Source: Anolis carolinensis (taxonomy: Eukaryota). From it: DNA of 64,000 bases. A model generated the notes under the pieces. That model was not told where the DNA came from. It worked only from the letters and a program-made list of their open reading frames with translations, and searched no databases. Shown piece by piece: positions 55,152 through 64,000 of this stretch (positions are counted from its first letter, which is position 1; each line of letters begins with the position of its first letter). The translations under genes were made by a program, and so were the position numbers. The DNA lies in NCBI RefSeq assembly GCF_035594765.1, contig NC_085842.1, positions 269,995,749 through 270,059,748 on the forward strand, read 5' to 3'.

Positions 55152-56031
55152 TGTGATGACTCATGGGCCATGTAGTCCCGTTCCTAACACTGTTGTGACA
55201 GATGAAGAGGAAAACTTAGGTTTCCCACCGTTTCAGCCAGAATTGGAGCTTTTTCAGCCAGAATTGGAGCCCTTGCACCTGCAGGAGATTTGCCTTCCAG
55301 AAGTCTGCCAAACAAGCCTTGAGCCGAAATCTCCCCCATTTTCTCGCCGTGATTATTATAAACAACAGAAAGGCGCTCAGGAGGCGTCTCGCAGGAGCGC
55401 TAGAATTGCTGCCAGGCATTCAGCTGATTAAGCCTGCTTCCCATGGGAAACTTTAGGGAGTCATGCATCTGGACACAGAGAATGGCTTTCGGTTCTGGTT
55501 CCCCAGAGAATTGTTCTTTGGCGGGAAAACGAGACCCTACTTAGGTGTTTTGCCCACGTAGGAATCTTGCGGAGTCAATTCGTCAGCTTCGGGAGTAGGT
55601 TGTGTGTGGACTACGCTACTCCCGCGTCCAAGCCCTTTGCTCCCGTTTCCAGCCTTGCCTTGCTTTCCAGGACCTTGCCTTGCTCCACGGACCTTGCCTT
55701 GCTTTCCGGACCTCGCCACGAATTTACCACGGATCTTGTTCTTGCTCCTCGTTTCTTGTTGCCTTGAATTAAGCCTAGTGTTCCAAGAATCAAGTTTACT
55801 TCCTAGCCTTGCTTAAGTTTCATGGACTAAAGGACCTTGTCATCTCCCCTCACTTTGCTTGGCAAAGTGAGTGTTTCGGTTACTGGATTACAACTTTGGA
55901 CCTTAATATTTCATATTGGACATTGTTTTCTTGGACTAATTTTGACCTTTCCTGAAAGGTCTACTTCTGAACTATTTTATACACTGGCCTCTGTGTATGG
56001 TTATTGGTGCTCTGCAGCCTGGGTCCTGACA
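55152..56031 (+). repeat. 5' LTR (880 bp; lacks 51 bp including AATAAA)
   Basis: Starts tgtgatg, ends cctgaca; shared portion matches the 3' LTR with one visible substitution. Confidence 0.93.
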
Positions 56032-56033
56032 GT

Positions 56034-56043
56034 TTGACTCCGC
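56034..56043 (+). promoter_or_regulatory. Self-priming primer-binding site
   Basis: ttgactccgc lacks the TGG of a tRNA PBS and is the exact reverse complement of gcggagtcaa at 55569-55578 inside the 5' LTR. Confidence 0.75.
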
Positions 56044-56073
56044 CACCTTAAGCACCAATTAACCTAGGCCAGA

Positions 56074-57060
56074 ATGTCTACCGGAGCCGGACCGGGTGAC
56101 CAACCACTCAGCTACACCATCGCCAAGGATGAAGTGGACAGAATCCGTGATATGCTCCATACGCAGGAGGGAGAAATACGGGGCTTGAAGGAACGCGGAA
56201 CCCGTCTCCCTGCCCTGGCGTTGCCAACCAAGTTTTCTGGAGAAGCTTCCAAGGTTCATGTTTTCCGTCGTCAATGCCAGGCATACCTAGAAGCCCGTCA
56301 GGCCGAGTTTCCTCAAGAAGACATCAAGGTGGCGTGGATTTACAGTCTCCTAGACGGCCCAGCGGCCAATTGGGCCACGGCGCTGTTCGATGAAGCCTCC
56401 CCACACCTAAGTTCCGCGCAAAACTTCCTGAATCACCTTAAGGTGACTTGGGGGATCGAGGACAATTTAGAGGCGGCCGGCCACAAACTCCGGCGCCTTT
56501 CTCAAGGGGACAGGCCCTTGTCCCAGTACATAGCCGAGTTCCGAGTGCTGGCCCAAAGCACCGGTTGGAATGACATAGCCCTCAGAGGACAGTTTCGGGA
56601 GGGCCTCAACATCGAGATGTTGGAAGAAATCTCCAAGGTGGATCCTCCAAACTCTCTTGAAAGACTCATTGACCAATGTTTACGAGCCGAAGTCATGCTT
56701 GCCAACAGAAAACAATGGCTCCGAGGCCAGAGTGGAAGAGCTGTAGCAAAACCTCCCGCTCCCGCCGGCATCCAGCCACGTCCAGTGTGGAGACCCCCGC
56801 CACCAGCCCCATACCCCAGAGACAGCGGGGAGGTGCCGATGCAATTGGGCAACGTGCGTCCCAGATTAGACGTTGCCGAGAAGGCCCGCCGCCAACGCTT
56901 AAACCTCTGTTGGTACTGCGGAGACGGGGGCCACTTCGCCAGAGAATGTCCAGCCAAAAGAAAGCCCGCCGCTCATTTGGCGGCGGCGTCTTCCGTGGAG
57001 ACAGAGACGGCCGAGGCGGCTAGCGCAAAGTCGGCGGGGGAAGCCAACGACCGGGCGTAG
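56074..57060 (+). CDS. gag: Gag (capsid plus CCHC zinc knuckle), PEG10/RTL-like type
   Basis: 328-aa ORF: LPTKFSGE, LSQGDRPLSQYIAEFR, QFREGL, VPMQLG and CWYCGDGGHFAREC motifs. Confidence 0.95.
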   Translation: MSTGAGPGDQPLSYTIAKDEVDRIRDMLHTQEGEIRGLKERGTRLPALALPTKFSGEASKVHVFRRQCQAYLEARQAEFPQEDIKVAWIYSLLDGPAANWATALFDEASPHLSSAQNFLNHLKVTWGIEDNLEAAGHKLRRLSQGDRPLSQYIAEFRVLAQSTGWNDIALRGQFREGLNIEMLEEISKVDPPNSLERLIDQCLRAEVMLANRKQWLRGQSGRAVAKPPAPAGIQPRPVWRPPPPAPYPRDSGEVPMQLGNVRPRLDVAEKARRQRLNLCWYCGDGGHFARECPAKRKPAAHLAAASSVETETAEAASAKSAGEANDRA

Positions 57061-60000
57061 AGAGGCTCGCCAACCCGGTCAGAAACCCCACTCAAGAACC
57101 GCCAACCGGGGTCCTATTTCTCCTAGTGGTCACCTTGTGGTCAGCGAAAAAAGGACCCGTCATGATCCATGCCATGATAGACTCGGGAGCAACAAACAAT
57201 TTCATCGACAGAGAGTATGCCGACTCTCTGGGATTACAATATCACGATTTCAAGAACGCTCGGGTGGTGCAAGCCATAGATGGCCGCCCCCTAAAGACAG
57301 GTCCAGTAAGCCAATGGTCTGAACCCACCAGAATGTGGATAAGGGAACATATGGAAGAGATTTCCTTCTTTGTTACCGAGGTTCCTCACTTCCCTGTGAT
57401 TTTGGGGATTCCATGGCTGACGCTCCACGACCCCAGCATCTCTTGGACCAACAGAGAACTGCAGTTTGCTTCTAAATATTGCCAAAACCATTGTCTTGTA
57501 GCCAAGGTCTGTCACGCCACAGACGCTGAATCCATCATCACCTTGCCCAAGAAATACTCCGACTTTTGGGATGTTTTCAATGAAAAAGAAGCCGCGAGAC
57601 TACCCCCGCATAGGCCTTATGATTGTGCCATTGACTTGGTGGAGGGGCCCCCGATCCCGCGAGGACATCTCTACTCCTTGACTGAACCAGAGCAAGAAGC
57701 TCTCAGGGAGTTCATAGAGTCAAACCTCCGCAAGGGGTTCATCAGACCCTCTCAATCCCCAGCCGCTTCCCCAGTGATGTTTGTGAAAAAGAAGTCAGGG
57801 GACCTACGCTTGGTGGTGGACTATAGAGCATTGAACAATATCACTAAGCGGAACCGCTATCCCCTGCCTTTGATCTCGGACCTATTAGACTGGCTTCGAG
57901 GGGCCAAGGTTTACACCAAGCTGGATCTTCGGGGGGCTTATAATCTAGTTCGCATCAGGGAGGGGGACGAGTGGAAAACCGCCTTCCAGACTAAATTCGG
58001 ATTATTCGAGTCCCTGGTCATGAATTACGGTTTATGTGGAGCTCCCGCAACGTTCCAGCATTTTGTCAATGATATCTTTCAGGATTATCTAGATCGGTTC
58101 TTGATCATCTACTTGGACGATTTTTTGGTGTTTTCTAGATCACAATCAGAACATGAGAACCACGTCAGAATGGTGTTACAACGATTGCGGGATCATGGAC
58201 TTTATGCCAAGCTGGAAAAATGCGCTTTTGATCTACAAGAGGTAGATTTCCTGGGATACCGTGTCTCGCCACTAGGGCTCTCCATGGACCCGGCAAAGGT
58301 TTCAGCAGTATTGGAATGGCGGGCGCCAACCAACAAGAAAGAGGTGCAGCGTTTCTTGGGGTTCGTGAACTATTACCGCAAGTTCATTCCAGACTTTGCC
58401 CGCTGGTCTGATCCAATCACCAGCTGCATCCGTGGGAAACAGCCTTTCCGCTGGACGGAGCAAGCAGAGAAAGGGTTCCAGCAACTAAGGAAATTATTCA
58501 CGTCCCAGCCTATCCTTCAGCACCCAGATCCTAAAACCCCTTTTGTTGTGCAGGCTGACGCTTCCGATGTGGCAATTGGGGCTGTACTCTTGCAACCAAT
58601 GGGAGATCATCTTCACCCTTGTGCTTTTTACTCCCGTCAACTAACAGCCCCAGAGAGAAATTACACTATTTGGGAAAAAGAACTTTTGGCCATAAAGGCA
58701 GCCTTTGAAACTTGGAGACATTGGTTAGAAGGGGCCAAATTTCCCATTGAGGTCCATACTGATCATCGGAATCTAGAACATCTAAGAACTGCCCGCAAGT
58801 TAAATCAGAGGCAGCAGCACTGGGCTTTATTCTTTGAGCGTTTTGACTTCCAGATCCATTATGTAACCCCAGCTCAGACCAAGCAAGCAGATGCTCTATC
58901 ACGGAAACCAGAATATGCTGCAGGGCGCAGAGAGACCTTTGAATCCCAATTGCTGCAGCCCGAGAACTTTGCCACGCTCACAGTGGGGAACACCAAATCC
59001 ACTCCAATTGAATCTACTTCCTCTACTCCAGGGCCCCTTTGTGCTCAGGAAATCAGGGCCAGTCAACAGGCGGGTGCCTGGGCTCAAGATCAACTTCGCC
59101 AAGGACTACATTTTCCCTTCTCGCTTAAGGATGGGTTGCTTTGCTATAGAAATCACGTCTACATCCCTCCAGGACCGGGCAGGGAGAAGGCACTTCGTCT
59201 GTGTCATGACTGCAAGCCAGCAGGGCATTTCGGATTATTTAAAACCATGCATTTGATCCTAAGAGATTTCTGGTGGCCCAAGATCCGCAAGGATGTGGAA
59301 AAATATGTCAATACCTGCCCAGTATGTCAGCGTTCCAAGACAAGAAGGGAGAAGCCCTCAGGGCTACTGCATCCCCTTCCTACTCCATCTCGTCCATGGG
59401 AAATAATTTCTGCGGATTTTATCACTGACCTACCACCTTCCCTTGGATTCACCACGATCCTAGTGGTGGTGGACCTTTTTACCAAGTTAGCCCATTTCAT
59501 TCCCTGCGATGGCCTTCCCACGGCCAAAGAGACTGCAGATTTATTCCTTCAGCATGTTTTCAGATTACATGGTTTGCCCAAGAGTTTGGTCACAGACCGT
59601 GGGTCTCAATTCACCTCTCGTTTCTGGAAAGCACTACAAAAACTATTGGGCATAGACTCTCGTTTATCTTCGGCTCACCATCCCCAAACGGATGGGCAAA
59701 CTGAGCGCACCAATGCCACTTTGGAACAATACCTTCGCTGTTATGTAAACTATCAGCAGGACAATTGGGCTTCCCTGTTGCCGCTGTCGGAGTTTGCCTA
59801 CAACAATGGTGTCCAGGCTTCAACTAAAGAAACCCCGTTCTTTGCAAACTACGGCTTCCATCCACGTTTCTTTCCTTCTGTCATTGAAACCTCAGAAGTT
59901 CCCGCAGCAGAGGACTGGCTGCAAGAGCTCACAGCAGTGCAACAACTTTTGCTCCAGCAACTAGATCAAGCCAAGGAGGACTATAAACGCCACACTGACA

Positions 60001-60584
60001 ATCATCGCCAGCCGGGCCCCGAAATCAAGGTAGGAGACCGGGTTCTTCTGTCCACTCGCTTTTTGCCCTCCCACCGCCCTTGCCGGAAGCTAGATGCCCG
60101 TTTCATTGGTCCCTATCCAGTGGTGGCGCAACTTAACCCCGTGACTTTCAAACTTCAACTTCCGCGCTCTATGCGCATTCATCCAGTGTTTCATTGCTCC
60201 CTGCTCCTTCCGGCGGATGGTGTGCGCCCTGATGCAGACCGGCCGGCCCCCACTCCTGTTTTGGTGGATGGGGAGGAGGAATTCGAGGTTCAGGACATTT
60301 TGGATTCTCGCTTTCATCGCCGCCGCCTTCAGTATCTCATTGACTGGGTAGGTTTTGGCCCCGAAGAACGCTCTTGGGAAGACGCTTCCACAGTCCATGC
60401 CCCCAATTTAGCCCGCCGCTTCCACCAGGCCTACCCCGCCAAGCCGCGGCCCCGCACCTCGGGAAGAGAGCCCATTTTGGAGAGGGGCCTTGAGGAGGGG
60501 GATAGTGTGATGCTCCTCGTTTCTTGTTGCCTTGAATTAAGCCTAGTGTTCCAAGAATCAAGTTTACTTCCTAGCCTTGCTTAA
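57024..60584 (+). CDS. pol: Pol polyprotein (protease, RT, RNase H, integrase, chromodomain), -1 frame relative to gag
   Basis: MIDSGA protease, YLDD RT, ADASD/TDHRNL RNase H, HHCC plus D-D-E integrase, GPY motif, chromodomain FEVQDILDSR...YLIDWVGFGPEERSWE; frame is open from 57024 (ORF track starts at 57126). Confidence 0.95.
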   Translation, partial: RKVGGGSQRPGVERLANPVRNPTQEPPTGVLFLLVVTLWSAKKGPVMIHAMIDSGATNNFIDREYADSLGLQYHDFKNARVVQAIDGRPLKTGPVSQWSEPTRMWIREHMEEISFFVTEVPHFPVILGIPWLTLHDPSISWTNRELQFASKYCQNHCLVAKVCHATDAESIITLPKKYSDFWDVFNEKEAARLPPHRPYDCAIDLVEGPPIPRGHLYSLTEPEQEALREFIESNLRKGFIRPSQSPAASPVMFVKKKSGDLRLVVDYRALNNITKRNRYPLPLISDLLDWLRGAKVYTKLDLRGAYNLVRIREGDEWKTAFQTKFGLFESLVMNYGLCGAPATFQHFVNDIFQDYLDRFLIIYLDDFLVFSRSQSEHENHVRMVLQRLRDHGLYAKLEKCAFDLQEVDFLGYRVSPLGLSMDPAKVSAVLEWRAPTNKKEVQRFLGFVNYYRKFIPDFARWSDPITSCIRGKQPFRWTEQAEKGFQQLRKLFTSQPILQHPDPKTPFVVQADASDVAIGAVLLQPMGDHLHPCAFYSRQLTAPERNYTIWEKELLAIKAAFETWRHWLEGAKFPIEVHTDHRNLEHLRTARKLNQRQQHWALFFERFDFQIHYVTPAQTKQADALSRKPEYAAGRRETFESQLLQPENFATLTVGNTKSTPIESTSSTPGPLCAQEIRASQQAGAWAQDQLRQGLHFPFSLKDGLLCYRNHVYIPPGPGREKALRLCHDCKPAGHFGLFKTMHLILRDFWWPKIRKDVEKYVNTCPVCQRSKTRREKPSGLLHPLPTPSRPWEIISADFITDLPPSLGFTTILVVVDLFTKLAHFIPCDGLPTAKETADLFLQHVFRLHGLPKSLVTDRGSQFTSRFWKALQKLLGIDSRLSSAHHPQTDGQTERTNATLEQYLRCYVNYQQDNWASLLPLSEFAYNNGVQASTKETPFFANYGFHPRFFPSVIETSEVPAAEDWLQELTAVQQLLLQQLDQAKEDYKRHTDNHRQPGPEIKVGDRVLLSTRFLPSHRPCRKLDARFIGPYPVVAQLNPVTFKLQLPRSMRIHPVFHCSLLLPADGVRPDADRPAPTPVLVDGEEEFEVQDILDSRFHRRRLQYLIDWVGFGPEERSWEDASTVHAPNLARRFHQAYPAKPRPRTSGREPILERGLEEGDSVMLLVSCCLELSLVFQESSLLPSLA

Positions 60585-60850
60585 ATTTCATGGACTAAAG
60601 GACCTTGTCATCTCCCCTCACTTTGCTTGGCAAAGTGAGTGTTTCGGTTACTGGATTACAACTTTGGACCTTAATATTTCATATTGGACATTGTTTTCTT
60701 GGACTAATTTTGACCTTTCCTGAAAGGTCTACTTCTGAACTATTTTATACACTTGCTTTTATTAACCTTATATATTTCCTCAATAAAGATATTAGATAGT
60801 TTCTGGCCTCTGTGTATGGTTATTGGTGCTCTGCAGCCTGGGTCCTGACA
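60506..60850 (+). repeat. 3' LTR (345 bp; lacks 586 bp of U3 and start of R, retains AATAAA at 60782-60787)
   Basis: tgtgatg joins directly to ctcctcgtttc (equivalent to 55745); ends cctgaca followed by the TSD. Confidence 0.93.
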
Positions 60851-61016
60851 ATGGTAGATATAGAGGGAATCTCTAAGAGAGTTAAAAGTGTGTTCTGCCA
60901 GCAGGGTGCAGCATTCATACTTTATAAACAGTAACCATTTTAGTTAATTTTGAGAAATTGAAAAAACAAAGAGATTTTAATTGTGACCAACACCCCCCCC
61001 CCCACCATAATAGCTA

Positions 61017-61339
61017 CAGTAGAGTCTCACTTATCCAACATAAACGGGCCGGCAGAATGTTGGATAAGCGAATATGTTGGATAATAAGGAGGCATTAAGG
61101 AAAAGCCTATTAAACATCAAATTAAGTTATGATTTTACAAATTAAGCATCAAAACATCAGGTTAGACTATAAATTTGGCAGAAAAAGTAGTTCAATACGC
61201 AGTAATGCTATGTAGTAATTACTGTATTTTCGAATTTAGCACCAAAATATCACGATGTATTGAAAACATTGACTACACAAGTGTGTTGGATAATCCAGAA
61301 CGTTGGATAAGCGAGTGTTAGATAAGTGAGACTCTACTG
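61017..61339. mobile_element. Tc1/mariner-type MITE, family A (opposite orientation)
   Basis: Same TIRs, internal sequence reverse-complemented relative to 47823-48145. Confidence 0.9.
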
Positions 61340-61485
61340 TATTCATAACTTTAAGGGGATTGCACTTATAACTAAAGAAATTATTTTAAAAGGCAATGTT
61401 TAAAGCTCTGAAGCGAGTGAGAATAAATGATGCACTACATTTTGGCTTAGCAAATGACTGCTTTCTCTGCATTCCCTAATCTCAC

Positions 61486-61616
61486 NNNNNNNNNNNNNNN
61501 NNNNNNNNNNNNNNNNNNNNNNNNNNNNNNNNNNNNNNNNNNNNNNNNNNNNNNNNNNNNNNNNNNNNNNNNNNNNNNNNNNNNNNNNNNNNNNNNNNNN
61601 NNNNNNNNNNNNNNNN
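61486..61616. other. Assembly gap
   Basis: Run of N. Confidence 1.
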
Positions 61617-63628
61617 TTAATATCATATGATTATAATGCTCCTTGAAATCTCTACTATGTCATTTAGCAGTCCATTTGCCCCTGCATACTTACGTATGTT
61701 AGGTATATCCTGTAAACTGAAGGAAAACACAAACTCCAAGCTCCATGTGATGGTAAGATATCATTAAAATGATTGCAAAATTTTATTTCATCTACTGCAT
61801 AGTTAGAATAACATGTGAGATCGCAAGTCATTGCCTCTTTTACATATAGAAAAGTCTGTCAGACACTGATTCATCCATGATAGAGTCTTATTAGAACCCA
61901 TGGTTAAATTATCAATTTTATATTAGAATCAAAGTAGTATTTCAGTTTAGCTGACATGATCTTACTATGATTTCACTAGTTAATAACCAGTTAATAATTC
62001 TGTATCCAGTAGTGATATTGCATTGGTTGAACAGGAGGATTCAACGAAACTGGGAGGAGCCTCCACTGCAGTTCATTGTATATCCCAAAGCCAAGTGTGG
62101 AATACTGAGGAAATTGCCCAGAACTGGTTTGGATTTAAATTTGAAGTGAAAGGGAGTGTATTTTCCTACAGCTCTGTTTCAAATCCAGAGGGCTTTGTAT
62201 CATCTTCCACAGATGCCCGAGGACATTTGGGAGTTCCTTCCACCTTGTTCATTCCAAATATCACTATTAAAGATACAGAAGCCCACTGAAGTAGCAGTTC
62301 CTTGCAAAAGGATTGCAGCCAAAACAGAAAATTGCCGTGTCCTCTCTGTACACATGCTTTAGACACTGTCCTAGTAGAAATAGAATGTAGTACTACATTT
62401 TAGGCACACCATATTTAAATAATTTTCTTATTATGTCTGTGTCTGAGCAAATTATCTTTGAAATAGTTTGTGGGGTTTTTTTTTGGTTTTTTGGTAGCAC
62501 AGCATTATATTGTGCTCTGGTATTTGCATTGAATTTCTTATTTTGAATAGCTGCTGACCTCTGTTGGGTTTCAGCTTGTGTTTTGCTACTGTGTCTTTAA
62601 ACAGTTCTCTTTAATAGAAGAACCATTGATGATACTTCATGTTTTATTGAAAGCTGTTTTGTTTTAGAACATCTGTGACTTCAAGGCAAGCATGGGGTAC
62701 TGAAAATTTCTTTTTTCCTAAACTTAAGCATGTTCATGCAAGATAGCTTTGAATTATTTTTAATGGTTAGGGAAAACTAGTTTTTCATCAAGATGAGCAA
62801 ACATGTTTTACAGATGTTGAGCAATAAAAAGCATCCTTAATGTAGTTTATTTTTAAATGGCTTATTAGGGCAGCTTGTACTGTTCTGAATGTCTCAGCAG
62901 GTGTTTAAATTCTTCGACGTATGCACAGAGCATATGCACCTTTTTGGTAAATAAAATTATAAAAACAATTTGTGGCTTCACATCTGGAGCCAATGCAAAG
63001 TGGTTATAAATCTGTTAGGGAATCTTTATTGGATTAATAGTCTCAAATGTTTACAAATGCTGTTCTTTTATGTTCTTTAGCTGTCTGTGGTGCGTTTATT
63101 AAAATTATTACCTTAGCCTGATAATTGTAAAAATTTTCTAGTGTGTTCTGAGGATTTCCGTAGTGGTTGTGTAAAAAGCTATTCGTTGTCAATAGTCTAA
63201 TAAATACAAACAAATACTGGGCAGGTCTAAATGCATCATTAAATACTAAGGCATTTTGGGTTGATTAAATGGGTGGCTGGGATTCATAGGTGTGTTACCT
63301 TGAATTCCATAATGGAAGATAGATAGTATGTAAAATATAATAAATATAATTTATTTTTGTTTCCAGTGTTATGGGATAGATCTATATGGCACAAACAGGG
63401 AACATATGGCCTCCCTTTTTGAACTGCAAAATCAATCATTCTTCCATTGTGGATAACGCAGATGAGGGATGCCACAATATCTGAAGAGTCACATATGTTT
63501 CATTCTGCAAATCTTATTGTGATAGAGAAAACTCCTTGTGACAAAACATTCCCTTCCCAGAGATATCAAAAGAGAAGCATCTGCTGAAAAAAGCAATTGG
63601 AAGTACTGAGTTTAGGAATCACCTAGAT

Positions 63629-63898
63629 CAGGGGTGTCAGGCTCATTTTTCTTGAGGGCCACACCAGCCTTATGATTGTCTTCAAAGGGCTGTTGTCCCC
63701 ATGGACAAATAANNNNNNNNNNNNNNNNNNNNNNNNNNNNNNNNNNNNNNNNNNNNNNNNNNNNNNNNNNNNNNNNNNNNNNNNNNNNNNNNNNNNNNNN
63801 NNNNNNNNNNNNNNNNNNNNNNNNNNNNNNNNNNNNNNNNNNNNNNNNNNNNNNNNNNNNNNNNNNNNNNNTAGTTTTTGCCCAGTTTGGGTCTCCTG
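63629..63898. mobile_element. Probable hAT MITE spanning an assembly gap (N at 63713-63871)
   Basis: caggggtgtcaggct start and agtttgggtctcctg end. Confidence 0.5.
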
Positions 63899-64000
63899 AT
63901 TATATTGAAGAAGAACTTCCATCACTTTTGTCTATCTATCCACCATGAGGTCTGGGGATAATGGAAATTGCAACCCAACAGCACTTGTGCCTCTGAAGTT

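Larger units (their letters stand above)
55152..60850 (+). mobile_element. Ty3/Gypsy chromovirus LTR retrotransposon (sushi/Tf1-like), near full length
   Basis: TG...CA LTRs, perfect 5-bp TSD atggt (55147-55151, 60851-60855), PPT gaggagggggatag before 60506, gag plus PR-RT-RH-IN-chromodomain order. Confidence 0.97.

Noticed and set aside
55060-55431. 123-aa ORF as an independent gene
   Set aside because: It spans the insertion junction; the first ~31 codons are host intron and the rest is best explained as the U3-encoded Pol tail.
56010-56074. In-frame FBXL17-Gag fusion by splicing into U5 acceptors
   Set aside because: The two AG sites checked (ctgcag, tgacag) reach a TAA before gag when joined to the phase-2 donor.
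60513-60584. Hydrophobic C-terminus of Pol (LLVSCCLELSLVF...) as a membrane anchor or env remnant
   Set aside because: It results from the 3' LTR deletion joining pol to R sequence; no env-like ORF is present.

Overview
Vertebrate (squamate, most likely Anolis-type lizard, judged from Sauria-type SINEs and the L2/hAT/Tc1 repeat content) genomic DNA lying inside the + strand gene FBXL17. Only two coding exons are visible (43492-43599 and 52500-52630, leucine-rich-repeat region); the rest is intron filled with transposable elements: L2, L1, CR1 and Penelope fragments, SINEs, Tc1/mariner, hAT and Harbinger MITEs, two non-autonomous Helitrons and a solo LTR. The main feature is a young Ty3/Gypsy chromovirus (sushi/Tf1-like) at 55152-60850 with a 5-bp TSD and open gag and pol. 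It has (i) a self-priming, tRNA-independent PBS, (ii) a -1 frameshift window with a hairpin, (iii) reciprocal LTR deletions (5' LTR lost its AATAAA, 3' LTR lost its U3/promoter), and (iv) a 90-codon in-frame continuation of Pol encoded in U3 that ends in RRSARIAA, resembling the HMGN nucleosome acidic-patch motif RRSARLSA. All alignments were done by eye; no database searches were run.
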